NCBI GenBank assembly: GCA_951406725.2
Contig: OX597817.1
Span: 43,090,001 to 43,154,000, forward strand
Length of the DNA: 64,000 nucleotides
Direction of reading: 5' to 3'
Source of the DNA: Octopus vulgaris
Lineage: Eukaryota
Made by a program: the position numbers and the translations under genes. Positions 30,301 through 41,816 of this stretch are shown piece after piece. Position 1 is the stretch's first letter, and each line of letters begins with the position of its first letter. The notes under the pieces are model-generated. The model did no database searches. It was given only the letters and a program-made list of their open reading frames with translations, and was not told the DNA's origin.

Positions 30301-33300
30301 GCCTCTTACCCTATCCTACAATATTATTCCCAAAGTAAAGAGTCACATCACAGAAATCTCATAGCTATGAGAGAATGCATGATTAATTCAATGCAATGTG
30401 AATAAATAAGCATCACATTTGGTAGAATAATCTGAATACTAAAGGGTTAAAGAAAAATGAATATAATCTTAGTGGCAGTGTGGTTAAGAGGTTCATTTCC
30501 AAACCACATAGTTTTGAGTTCAACCTCACTGTTTGGCACCTTGGACAAGTGTCTTCTAAAACCCTGGGCCAACCAAATCAGATTTGGTAGATGGAAACTG
30601 GAAGAAGTCTATTGTGTGTGTGTTTCCTTGTCTTGATATTGCTGGATAGTTGTGAGTGTTGTTATCATACAAGCAGTGTCGTTCATTATTTACCAATATT
30701 CAGCAAAAACTGTTCACGGGGTAATGTTACTTACCTGGAAACAAGTGAGGGCTGGTGACAGAAAGGGCATCTTACTGTTGAAAGTCTGTCTCAACTAATT
30801 CTGACTCATGCAAGCACAGAAAATTGGTTGTTAAAATGATGTACACTTCATAATTTATTTGAAAAATGTGTCGAAGGGGATGTAAAGCAGTGCATCTGTT
30901 AAGCTGTAATTTTATCAGAAAATTTGATCTGAAGGTGAATGCAAGCCTAATTTCTCTTATATTCTGTTAGAAGAATTTTCAGATCTTTACCTTTTGACCT
31001 ACAGATTTAAAAAATAATTTTTTGTAACACTTTCAAAGTTTGGACACTGGTAGAATGTGTCATATAAAACATGTTTTTGAGAAAAACTTACATTTACGAA
31101 GTTATTTCATGTTAATGTTGTCCTATTTCAGTAATTTCAACCAATCAATGACGTGTATTCAGCTGAATAAAATTACTGCTGTTGTTTGTCAACTAGAACT
31201 TCCGGCAATGTATATTTCGTTTGTCACTGCTATTTATGACAATCCTAACCCTAAAGCCTTAAAACCAGTACAAACACACTTGCAATGTCTTGAATAACAG
31301 TGACAAACGAAAAATACACCACCAATAGTTGTTGACAAACAACAGCAATAATTTTATTCATCTGAATACACGTCATTGATTGGTTGAAATTACCGAAATA
31401 CGAGAACTTTAAGGTGAAATATCTTTGTAAATATAAGTTTTTCTCAAAAATGCTAAGAGTAAAACATGTTTTATATGACACATTCTACTAGTGTCCGAAG
31501 TTTGAAAGTGTTTAGTTACAAAAAATTATTTTTTAAATCTGTAGGTCAAAAGGTAAAGATCCAAATTTTCTGAGTCACAAAAAACTGAAAATGATATTCC
31601 ATATATTTTGGGAGTCATTTCATTGCGTATGACTTGTAATAAATATGTTCATTGTTTCAGCCATTCCTTTTGATACGTGAAGGACGTCATCCTTGCATTG
31701 GGCGGTCGTCTGCTGCTGAAGACTTTATTCCCAATGATACTATGATTGGAGTAAAAGATGTAAGCATTTTTTTCTTTTAAATTTTATTGTTTTTTGTTCT
31801 CTGTTAGTTCTCTTTTTATGAAATATTTCAATATGGTTCTGGTTTGATAAAAGATGGCACTTATGATCACTTGATCAACATTTCCTGAGTAGATGTTTGG
31901 AGTGAATTTTCAGCAATTCTTGAATTACACTTTAACATTCAGATTGTTCTGTTGGGCATCCAATTGTAGAAACCAAGACAAAAGAGACCATGGGATCTGG
32001 CACAGTCCCTGGCCTTTCTGGCTCCTGTCAACCTGTCCAACCTATGCCAGCATGGAAACGGATGTTAAATGATGATGATGAGGATGATGTAGAGCTTATT
32101 TATTGATGTTTTGAATTAATCATGCATTATGTTGTAGCTTAGAGATTTCAGTGGTGTATTTTCAGAATGACATTGTAGGGTGGGTATGAGAGATTGGATC
32201 TGTCTGGTTTGAATACAAAACAGATGAAAATTTGGGCCAGATATGGTCAGTTTAAATGCTAAAGTGTTAAATAGAATAGTTAGTTCAGAAAATTGACATT
32301 CTTGTTTTGAATATCTTAGCATATTCACTTCTTCAGCAAGACACTTATTCCTGTCCCTTTATCATACTTTCACCTCAGTCAATACTATACCCCAGTCACT
32401 TCAGGGGTCTTACGAGTATTTGATGACCTCATCATATTCGTTCTATGTATTGTCCCCTCTGTGGTCTCCTGTCTGTCCTAGTTTGTCCCACTCTATTTTG
32501 GGCCCTTGTGGCTAATAAAAAATCAGAGTATTTGATGACCTCACTAGTGCCAGTACTGTGAAAAAAGCATCCATTATAGTCTTTGATATGTTAGCATTAG
32601 GAAAAGCATCAAGCCGTAGAGACCATGCTAATGAAGTCGTTGGACTTTTGTTTATTGGTTCCTGTTGAACTGTTCAACCCATGCCACTGGAAAATGAACA
32701 TTAAATGATGATGATGGTAAATCTTTTAAAAAAAAAAGTCACTATTTTTTATACTCATGTAACATTGGCTGAAACTGCATCCCAATGAGTAGATTTTCTC
32801 TTCAGAGTAAGAAAGTACATTAATACTGATGTAAGTCATTTACAACACCAGGACAAGACATGGCAATTAAGACCTATGTCAGAAAACTGTTCAAGTATAG
32901 GTGATGCTGCTATGACTACACAAACAAACCTTATGAACTGTAACCAACAGAAATGCTATCTTTTTCAGTGACGAGGATTCTGTACCCTTACCTGAAAACT
33001 ATTGATAGTCAGTGCCCCCCCCCCTTTTGTTTTTGTTAGAAGGAAAAGAAAGCTTTAAAACTGTTACAAAGCAGTCTTTCAATGAAGTAATTACATCTTT
33101 TTTGCATTTATTTTCAGAACATAGAAACTGAAGACCCCACCACTGATAGTCAAGTAGTATTGGTAACTGGTCCAAATATGGGTGGAAAATCTACATTGAT
33201 GCGTCAAGTTGGATTAATTGTTGTCATGGCTCAGATGGTATTTATTTTCTTCGTTTACTCCTTGATATAATTTTTTTTCTCCATTATGTGATTGATCAAA

Positions 33301-36300
33301 AACTTCTTAATTGCTTTCAAAATTGTTATTATTGAAGGATTCACTTTAATGATTATCTGATGTTCCTTTATTACAACTATTCAGTTTAGTTGTGGAAGAA
33401 GAATCTGTTGACATTTAATTTTCTCTCTTAAACATGTGTCTAAATTGTGATTTCATTTTGTAGGGTTGTTATGTGCCGGCTGAGAAATGTCAGATAACTC
33501 CAGTAGATCGAGTCTTTACTCGTTTGGGTGCCAACGACAGAATTATGGCTGGTATGTGTTTAGTTTTCCTTTTGTTGTAAGACCAGCTTCAACTGACCCC
33601 CCCCCCCCCCCCATTACATATGTAGTTATTCTATTAACTTTTGAGTGATGATGGAAGTCCAAACGGAAAAAGGTTTAAGTTGATTGAAAATGATAATATA
33701 CAATGTGGTGTCTGTTTCTGACAATGTCATACAAGTGTCTTCTATAACCTGGGGCTTGGTAGATGGAAACTGAAAGAATCCTGTTTGTATATATGTATGA
33801 TAGTTATAAGTGAGCGTCACTATTATTTGTTTCCAATATTCTGCAAAAAAACAAAGAATGGGTAAATATTACTTGGCCATGGCCAAATACTATCTTGCTT
33901 GGAAACTCTGTGACCCATGCAAGCATTTATATAATTTATATCCCAAAGCATTTTAAGTATAGCTATCAGGTATTATTTAGGATATGAATTGACATTCAAG
34001 GCTCTCAAATGTGACTGAACTTACATAATGATATTCTGCACTGTTAAGCAAACCATACCAATTTACAAAAAAAAATAAAAAAAATAAAAGCGAGAAAAGA
34101 AACATTTTGCATACTTTCTCTTTTATTTGTTTCAATCATTTGACTGGCCATGCTGGAGCACCACCTTTAGTTGAGCAAATCGACCCCAGGACTTATTCTT
34201 TCTAAGCCTAGTCCTTATTCTATCGATCTCTTTTGCTGAACCGCTAAGTTACGGGGATGTAAACACACCAGCATTGGTTGTCAAGCGATGTTGGGGGGAC
34301 AAACACACACATATATGACCGGCTTCTTTAAGTTTCCGTCTACCAAATCCACTCACAAGGCTCTGGTCGGCTATAGTAGAAGATACTTGCCCAAGGTGCC
34401 ACGCAGTGGGACTGAACCCGGAACCATGTGGTCCGTAAGCAAGCTATTTACCACACAGCCACTCCTTCCTTTTTTTCTTTTCTTTTCAAAGCAGCTAAAT
34501 CAAGCAATTTCTCTTCTCTCATAATGCAAGTGAACCTGTAGTTTTTCTCCCTTTCAACATCATGTCAGAATGAAATTGAAAGATAACTCATGCATAACTT
34601 TTCTTTTGGGGTGAGAGGCCACTTGCACATGTCTGTCACCTTTACTGCAGCAATATTGTACTGATATTCAATTTGTATATTTAATGCTTTTGTTAACTAT
34701 ATTTGTCGAAATACACCTTTGTTTCAATAAATTTTGAAAGTAATAAAGAATTTAGTAAAATGTCATTAACCCTTTCGTTACCAACCCGGCTCTGATTCTG
34801 TAATACAAATGTCTTGTTTTCATAAGTTTTGTATTAAAATCTTCCACCAAACCTTAGTCACATTTTATGTTCCTCGCACTAGCTTAATGATAACTAAGTT
34901 ATTTTACTAAATTCTTTGTTATATTTAAAATAATTGAAAGAAACACAGAGCATCTCAAAATAAATACAGTAACGAAAGGGTTAATCTGGTATTTGGAATA
35001 TAAACTGAAATTTTAATGGAAGATTTAATGTAGCTCACTATATAACGGGAAATTTAAAACTACGATTGCATGAGTATTACATGTGGAACCAGCCAAAATC
35101 ACTGTGCTGTACAATATTTTTCCAGGTGAAAGTACTTTCTTTGTGGAACTTAGTGAAACTGCTTCAATCCTACAACATGCAACAGAGAATTCACTAGTAT
35201 TATTGGATGAACTTGGTAAGTTTTTTTTTTTTTTTTAAACTGATTATTGATCTATTAATCTGAATATATTTGCATAATTAAACTTTAGTTAATAATACAA
35301 TATCTTGTTCTATAAATTGCCAATGTACAGGAAGAACCATTTTCATCATCTCTTTGTAGGCAGAGGAACTGCAACCTATGATGGTACTGCTATTGCAGCT
35401 GCTGTAGTGGAGGAAATCTCAAAGACTATCAATTGCAGGACACTATTTTCAACTCATTATCATTCTTTGACTGACATGTTTTCAAGTGATCCCAATGTTC
35501 GGCTTGGCCATATGGTAAGTCTCCTTTGTGAAAATGGCTGTGATAGCATATATATCCAGTTAACCGTATAATCTCTTCCACCAATTCTTATATATAGTAA
35601 TTTCAGTTCAATAAGGGTTTGAAATTGTAAAATTTCAGAAGCTGGGCACACCAATGATATTTAGTAATTGGAGAAAGCACAATGAGTTTGACAAATTATC
35701 TAAGATTCATCATTGTTCAATTTCCATGCTAGCATGGGTTGGATAGTTTGATCGGGGTCTGGGAAGCCAGGAGGCTAATCTGGCAGGGTTTCTACAGCTG
35801 GATGCCCTTCCTAACACCAACCACTTTGTGAGTGCTCTTTTACATGCCACTGGCCAGGAGGCTGGCAAAAAGCTATGATCAGTTAGGCCATTTATACGTC
35901 ACAGGCACGGATGCGCCAAGGCGGTGCTGGCATCGGCCATGTTTAGACTGTGTCTTACATGTGCCACTGGCACGGGTATCACAACTACAATTTTCATTTG
36001 ATGTACTCGACTCAGTAGGTCTCCTCAAGCACAGCAGAATATTCTTAGGTAGTGTTTGGTGAGGTATGCACTTTATAAAAACATCTTTTATCTGTTTAAA
36101 GGCATGTATGGTAGAAAACGAGAGTGAAGATGATCCTACCCAGGAAACTATAACATTCTTGTACAAGTTTGTAAAAGGTGCATGTCCGAAAAGTTATGGT
36201 TTCAATGCTGCACGACTGGCCAGTATTCCCAATGAGGTAAGATGAATTTTAATATGGCCAATCATCTTTAATCACTTGTCTAAATATTTATAAGTGACAT

Positions 36301-36542
36301 GTATATTCTTATCTTATCACCAGATTATAACCAATGGTGTGAAAAAAGCCAAAGAATTAGAGAATAAGATCCAACGCATTCATTTGATCAGGTATGAATC
36401 CATTTAATTTTCCTTCAACTGTGTAGTAATCCAAGTTAATTGGTAGTGACTTACATAAATCTATTTTTCTTGCAGAGATCTTTGGAAATTTGATGCAAAA
36501 AGTTCAACAGAACTGAAACAGCTGGTGCAAGCAATTGGCTGA
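496..36542 (+). CDS. MSH6: DNA mismatch repair protein MSH6 (MutS homolog 6), 5'-partial, 32 coding exons in window
   Basis: GT-AG exons that join in frame: 496-587, 1655-1748, 2957-3072, 3643-3798, 3981-4063, 5924-6011, 7857-7916, 8874-8948, 11104-11239, 11698-11837, 13722-13787, 15317-15388, 17346-17556, 17683-17752, 19042-19180, 19614-19722, 20778-20940, 21960-22040, 22157-22252, 23618-23708, 25150-25204, 28029-28129, 28546-28775, 29912-30044, 31661-31759, 33118-33237, 33464-33551, 35126-35215, 35360-35514, 36102-36236, 36324-36391, 36476-36542 (TGA). Motifs: [41 protein letters not shown] (Phe-X-Glu mismatch-binding motif), [12 protein letters not shown], Walker A GPNMGGKS, Walker [28 protein letters not shown]. 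The start and N-terminal exons lie upstream of the window. Confidence 0.97.
880..1135. repeat. Pyrimidine-rich minisatellite (CTCTCTCCCTTACGCT-like units)
   Basis: About 10 imperfect tandem units. Confidence 0.9.
4293..4791. mobile_element. Tc1/mariner-pogo-type MITE
   Basis: TIRs CCGTAAATCCTCGAGTATAGTCCGC / GCGGATTATACTCGAGGATTTATGG, TA on both flanks, no ORF. Confidence 0.85.
5067..5440 (+). mobile_element. tRNA-derived SINE (representative copy)
   Basis: Pol III A-box-like GTGGCTGTGTGGTAAG and B-box-like GGGTTCAGTCCC, central (TA/TG)n and conserved tail. Copies at about 2425-2760(+), 14485-14880(+), 16356-17262(+), 18035-18175(-), 19790-20180(+), 21482-21885(+), 34115-34468(-), 43405-43675(-), 47030-47420(+). 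Confidence 0.85.
9410..9960 (-). mobile_element. RTE-type 3' UTR/tail repeat (representative copy)
   Basis: Same tail as 51230-51395. Other copies at about 1-170(-), 6369-6740(-), 13370-13535(+), 15430-15925(+), 16548-17018(+), 23965-24300(+), 25883-26320(-), 27375-27713(+), 29325-29790(+), 35708-36045(-), 49545-49820(-), 53318-53790(-), 62850-62995(-). Internal short tandem units GTGGCACGTAAAAAGCACC. Confidence 0.8.
12205..13351 (+). mobile_element. 5'-truncated CR1/L2-group LINE (RT C-terminus plus 3' tail)
   Basis: ORF 12179-13036 with [38 protein letters not shown], then TRGH..K...FFS.RV...WN.L and a (TTA)n tail. Confidence 0.93.
14168..14378 (+). mobile_element. Second tRNA-headed SINE family (Meta-domain-like core)
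   Basis: GCGGCAAGCTGGCAGAAAC...GAGTTTGAATTCC...GCCTTTCATCCTTTCGGG...AAGTACCAG. Copies at about 7985-8215(-), 24645-24872(+), 44640-44965(-), 55998-56165(+). Confidence 0.75.
20282..20671 (+). mobile_element. Non-autonomous Helitron
   Basis: 5' CTATATATATAAAG start, 3' small hairpin CCCAAGCAACACTGGG followed by CTAG|T. Second copy at 62298-62675(-). Confidence 0.75.
22968..23052. repeat. 21-bp tandem repeat at the tail of the CR1 fragment
   Basis: (TATTGTATACATATATAAAAA) repeated about 4 times. Confidence 0.9.
23050..23505 (-). mobile_element. 3' fragment of the same CR1-type LINE family, opposite orientation
   Basis: Reverse complement matches about 13000-13350 (catgactttcggaaacat..., gagttgctgaagcatggaa, gtgcacctgagcactgta). 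Confidence 0.85.
26884..27323 (-). pseudogene. BPTF: BPTF/NURF301 exon fragment, frameshifted, antisense inside an MSH6 intron
   Basis: Two overlapping ORFs give [18 protein letters not shown]...FNYNCK / [48 protein letters not shown]...[35 protein letters not shown], recognisable as the conserved central block of BPTF. +1 frameshift in an A-run near 27190, GT donor at 26883, 5' end cut at a (TA)n run. Confidence 0.88.
27323..27373. repeat. (TA)n microsatellite
   Basis: About 25 TA units abutting the BPTF fragment. Confidence 0.95.
28170..28403. repeat. Near-perfect inverted repeat (about 90-bp arms, about 45-nt spacer)
   Basis: TGTGTCTGGGGAGAGTCATTTTC...TTATTCTCCTAAAA / TTTTAGGAGAATAAA...GAAAATGACTCTCCCCAGACACA. 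Confidence 0.9.
30227..30446. mobile_element. piggyBac-type MITE, second family
   Basis: TTAA|CCCTTTAACATT...ATACTAAAGGG|TTAA. Related copy in opposite orientation at 47981-48200. Confidence 0.8.
30981..31562. mobile_element. Foldback (Mutator-like) element with about 250-bp inverted arms
   Basis: GATCTTTACCTTTTGACCTACAGATTT... / ...AAATCTGTAGGTCAAAAGGTAAAGATC. Arms pair almost to the centre. Flanks GAATTTTC / AAATTTTC look like a near-identical TSD. Confidence 0.85.
34770..34980. mobile_element. piggyBac-type MITE (TTAA|CCC...GGG|TTAA)
   Basis: TIR CCCTTTCGTTAC / GTAACGAAAGGG with TTAA on both sides. Related copies at about 7530-7762, 29030-29255, 37620-37995 (tandem), 58786-58988. Confidence 0.85.
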
Positions 36543-36595
36543 TTATTATACCTCTTTTTTACTGTTTTAAACCTGTACACAATTTATGGCAAAAA

Positions 36596-36601
36596 AATAA
36601 A
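36596..36601 (+). terminator. Putative MSH6 polyadenylation signal AATAAA
   Basis: AATAAA about 54 nt after the MSH6 TGA. Confidence 0.6.
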
Positions 36602-36667
36602 TGATAAACAAATTTATTATGTCTTAATTATTTTATTACAAGTTTAGTAATTTACATTTTCAGAACA

Positions 36668-39003
36668 CTAAGAATTGGCATTTGGTCCTTTCCTTCGTCC
36701 GAAACCAGCAACCACATTGACAAATCTCCTGTTGTACTGCATGCGTCGCTTAGCACGACCAGTCTTCTGTTTCTTCTTTTCTTGCTTCTCCACCTGAAAA
36801 ATAAATAAGTAGTTTTTCATTATATCACCTCCACACATCAAAAGAGGCTTCTAACAAGATAGAGATATTAAAAAAGAAAAAAAACTTACTTTAGGGGTTT
36901 GTCCCTTCACTTTGCCAGCTCGAGCCAAAGAACCATGGACTTTGCCTGTTGGAGAAAACAAGAGTTTAAGAAACAATTTACCAAATCTAAATGTACATAT
37001 AAAAAATGGCAACAAATAACCTGCAATATTCACCATCCAACATGTTTTCCATGCTGGCATGGATTGAACTACAACAATATAAAACATCACTCACCTCCAA
37101 GCATTCTCATATCCAAGTGAAGAGTGTTCATATCTTGCAATGACCCAACAGAGAAGTCATTGGCAAGTGGGGAGCCATTGAATGTTAAAACTTGCTCATT
37201 GATATCAAATCCACCCAAATTGAAAAGCATGTTCTGAAATGTATAATATAGAATAGGTCTTTTAAGATTTCAAAATTTCTAAAGTAATATTACCATGCAT
37301 ACTTCTCTAGCCTTTTTAATGCCACCCAGCTTCTATTAATAACAGGACCCACTCCATTGGTATCTAATTATCCCCTACATTTATGTGAGAATCCAGTAAA
37401 GTGATTTATTATTATCAAGTTGAACAGCTTTACAAGGTACTCATCAGAACAACAAAGATAGAATTTTTCATTCTTCCAACTGGTTTTAGCTATTCGATGA
37501 GAACACAATATAATACCACCTTCAGCAATTTAAATCCATCACCAACCAATGGCTCTTGCAGTTTCTACTTAAGAAATACCACTCCAGGCCATGACATGTC
37601 TACATATCATTAATGCATTTATTTTGAGGTGGTGTTTCTTTCAATTATTTTAAATATAACAAAGAATTTAGTAAATTAGCTTCGTTAACATTGAGTTAGT
37701 GTTAGGAACATTAAATTTAACTAAGATTTGGAAGATTTGAATCCAAGACATTTATACTAAAGAGCCAGGTTGGTAACGAAAGGGTTAACCCTCTCATTAC
37801 CATATTTATTTTGAGATGCTCTGAGTTTCTTTCAATTATAACAAAGAATTTAGTAAAATAACTTCGTTACCATTCAGCTAGTGTTAAGAACATAAATTGT
37901 GACTAAGGTTTGATGGAAGATTTTAACTCAGAACTCTTGAAAACAAAGTATTTGTATTATGGAGCCGGTTTCAGCTGGGTTGGTAACAAAAGGGTATTCC
38001 TTCTAATCTTAGATCTACAGCCATAGTATGGCACAAGAAAACAATGTATGAAGTATAAAGAACTAAGTAGTTAACCATGGTCATTGTGCTAGGATGAATC
38101 AGCTTGAGGCTATTTCATTGTTTGACTGCTGCCCATTTGCCATACCAGAGAATGACCTTATGAAAGTTACCAATTCCAAACCCCTGTCAATAACTACTGC
38201 AACTGAACTAAACATCTTGATCATCTTATGCATGCATGGATTGGATGAATGTTACATCCAGATGGCCTGTAATTCTCAACTGAGGCCCATATAGGATTTT
38301 GTCTAAATTTATATGCAATAAATTGCCTATACTCCTATAAGATACAAAATATTTCCACAATAGCTATCATCACCACAACGTCCATTGCCCATGTTAGTAT
38401 GGGGTCGGATAGTTTGACAAGAGCTGGCAAGCACACCAGACTCCATTCTGATTTGGCATGGTTTCTATGGCTGGATGCCCTTCCTAATACCAACCACCTT
38501 AGTGTGTATTGGGTGCCTTTAGTAGGTGCAGACATGCCTGTGTGGTTAGGAAGCTTGATTCTCAACCACATTGCTTTGGGATCAGCCCCACTGTATAGCA
38601 CCTTGGGCAAAAGTGTTCTGCTATTGCCTCAGGCCAACTGAAGCCTTGTGATTGAATTTGGGAAGTCCCTGTTGCATGTGTATACATGCCAGTGCTCACC
38701 TCCTAACAGAGAGCTAATATTTCGTTATAAAAATCTAAAAGGTTTATTTTAAACATCAACTGGCCATGGGTGTCCACCTGAGTAAAAATGGTAATCAAAG
38801 GGGTCCACAGAAAAAAACAACAAAACAAAACGAGAACCACTGATCATAATTCTCAATTTGCACTCTTTGAGATACAATCTTAACTAGGAAAGTTTCAAAT
38901 AACTGGAATGGAAAGAAAAAAGTATTACCTTGATATCAAAAACAGTTTCATTCCCCGTCAGACTGAGGGTATGAGTCTCATTAGCCTTTACAAACAGCTG
39001 CAT
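36668..39003 (-). CDS. FAU: FAU: ubiquitin-like FUBI fused to 40S ribosomal protein S30 (eS30), 131 aa
   Basis: Minus-strand coding exons 39003-38929 ([25 protein letters not shown]), 37233-37095 (ends LHLDMRMLG), 36945-36890 ([19 protein letters not shown]), 36793-36668 ([41 protein letters not shown]). GG|KVHGSL cleavage junction, all GT-AG. Confidence 0.97.
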
Positions 39004-41435
39004 TTTGGATTTCTGTCAAAAGAGAAAAAGAAATAAAGATTAGAAAATGAAACTGCAAAATCCGAACTCATTAATCAGTGATAATTCTGCAAAATTAGAA
39101 ATTTTTATACATCTGGGAGGATTAATAAAAAAGCTTTGTAAACTATTGCCTGTTATATGTAAGTCCGGTTGCAAAACAGATTCAGGTAATTTACACTGGA
39201 ACAGCTTCTCACTGTAAATTAGTGATGTGGGGATTTGTAAGTTCTAACATTTTAAAGATGGTCCATATCAGCAGACAAAAACCAAACAAAACACCCTTGG
39301 CTGCCCTGCATATATTCATAAACAGTTAATTAGAAACCATTTTTGATGAGGGAAAACCACCTATTATTTGTATATAAATACATAAAATTTCAACAAGCAT
39401 GAAAAATATTGACAAAAAATCGATGTCGATGATTTGACGAAGTGTCACAATTGTTCATTTGTTTGGTTACTGAGTTTCTATTAGGTTTTCGTTTTACTCT
39501 TTACTTTGTGCGCTTTAATCATATTCACTAGAAAAACAATCCGACTTCCAAATAAATTACCCGTGAATGTCCATATTGTCTCATGACAACAGGCTCAATA
39601 AAATGCGGAAGTAATATCCTCAGTGTCCCAACGATTTCGTTTTCTCATAACTTTCCGATGGTGTAGATTATGATTATATCGGGATATAAAAAAAGTGGCC
39701 CCGCACACTTTATATCCACATTAAAGTGAAACCTGCAAGGGGGGGAAAAAGTGGGATATGCGTACGCGCGTCCACCAATTCAGGTTTTCACATTAAATTC
39801 CAATATAATAGGAATGAACACCAATCTAAAAGGTATTTGCACAAAATGTCGTATAAAAATAAAATTTTCCGATAATGTTTTCTTTTAGTTCCCCCTCCGT
39901 ACCGATTTCGTGAGCACTGCGCATTTTCGTTTCTTTCTCACTCTGACAAATATTGTTTTTCAACATGAGATACGCTAGAAACAACAACCAAATCTCCTTT
40001 AATTCACATACCCCTCCGTCTAAAAATATTTACTTCCTACCGAAAAGGATTCTATAGTTTTTAAGTGCGTAGTGCCCACAAAATCGATGTGGGGAGGGAG
40101 AGAAAGACATTTCTCTAAAATGTTTTTGGCTAAAAAGACGCTCCAGAGTATTTCCAAGGGCACCACGAAAAAAAGTGGTAACAAATCCTCATCAAATTGG
40201 AGAAATTCCAATTTGTTGGTGCTACCTATCAACAACGCTCGCCAAAAATTATCCATTTATCTGAAAATTATGAGGAAACAAAATTGGACACACCCGTGCA
40301 TGTATACTGTAAAAGTAACGAAACACTGGTTTTCCTTATTTCATTAATTTATACTTTCTTGTGCAGATTTTTTCTTATCGATTTTATACTTCTGGAGTAA
40401 ACTCAGATGATTCAATTCATCTGAGACCATTACAGAAAAGCAAAACAATTCAGTGGATTAAAAAAATGACTTAATAATCAACTCGTGGCGAATATAATAA
40501 GCAAAAATGTTCGCGGTAACGGCGACAATTGCATCAGGTCTGTAAATAATAATGAATCTACTAGAAATCCTATTTTGCTACCAAATTACTGCTAGTAAAC
40601 TTTTAGTATCAGCCACAGTTTTTCTTCAATGTGGAAATCACAAAATAGGGACTACGTATACGATTATCTTCCGTTGGAAACTTTATAAATCGACATGAAA
40701 TTTATATATTGGTTTGAAGCGGAGGGTAGTAATTTTTCACATAATTTAATTTCCTACGTATGAAAATCAATACCCCAAGTAAGGTCGACTAGTATACATT
40801 TCCAGAAGTTCTAAGTTTCCACAACAAATACTTTTTATTTTACTCCATTTCCTAACTTGGAACACTTCCATGCTTTCAATAACATCGTAAAATACGTAGG
40901 CAATCCTGAGAACTTTAGACATCGTGTCTTTTACACAATCGTTTGTCCTACTAGAAATAACAGCTAAATTCCTCGACATCCAACAGGTTTACAAAAAGGA
41001 AGTAGGATGTGAAGAATAAGGTTGTCTGGGGGTGTTAAGGAAAAAGATGAAATAGAAACGACTGGAAAGCATTTGATCACAGGTCTGCTTAATCAGAATT
41101 AATTTGGTTGGAGCTAAACAACGTGACATACTTCCTAATAATATTCAAATTTGAACGCAAGCTATCCTCGGTGATACGAGCTTCAAGCTTTGAGTAAAAG
41201 ACAACACGTGTGTTAATTTTTCTCCAAAAAATGTGAAAAGGGTTTAACACTTGTTTTATACGTTCCTCACGATGCGTATATATATATAAAATATCAATTA
41301 GAGATAAAACCACTATTATGCAGCTCAAACAGTGATAGACATAAACCAATACATATTTTATATATTTATACTGTGAAATTTGATTTAATACTAAATCAAA
41401 TTTTCCCCTGTAAGTTTGGAGCTATACTCCCTATT

Positions 41436-41466
<31 letters not shown>

Positions 41467-41816
41467 GACGCAATATGAAATGAAATTGAAATCAATTACC
41501 AGTATATCTACGGCGCAATACAAATTGAAACTGTTATTTTGTATAATGCTAAAAATAAACAACAAAATTTCCTAATGTATATATCTTCCATAAAATGCTG
41601 TACTTGGCAGTAATAAGAGGGGGGGTGAATGAAGAAGAGAGTTATTCGTAGAAATTGATGTAAGAAAACGTCGGGGATGCGCTTCAAATGAAGAATATTT
41701 TATTCTGTTATTGTCAACGAATAATGTAGAAGACATAATATGGTCATGTACAAAATTTCATGGGCAGATTTATGATAACAGTATAAAGAATAGTTAATAA
41801 AACGGAGCCGACTTAC

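Noticed and set aside
37234-38928. Intronic snoRNAs in FAU intron 2
   Set aside because: No convincing C/D or H/ACA box arrangement on the sense strand by eye. A covariance search would be needed to exclude them.
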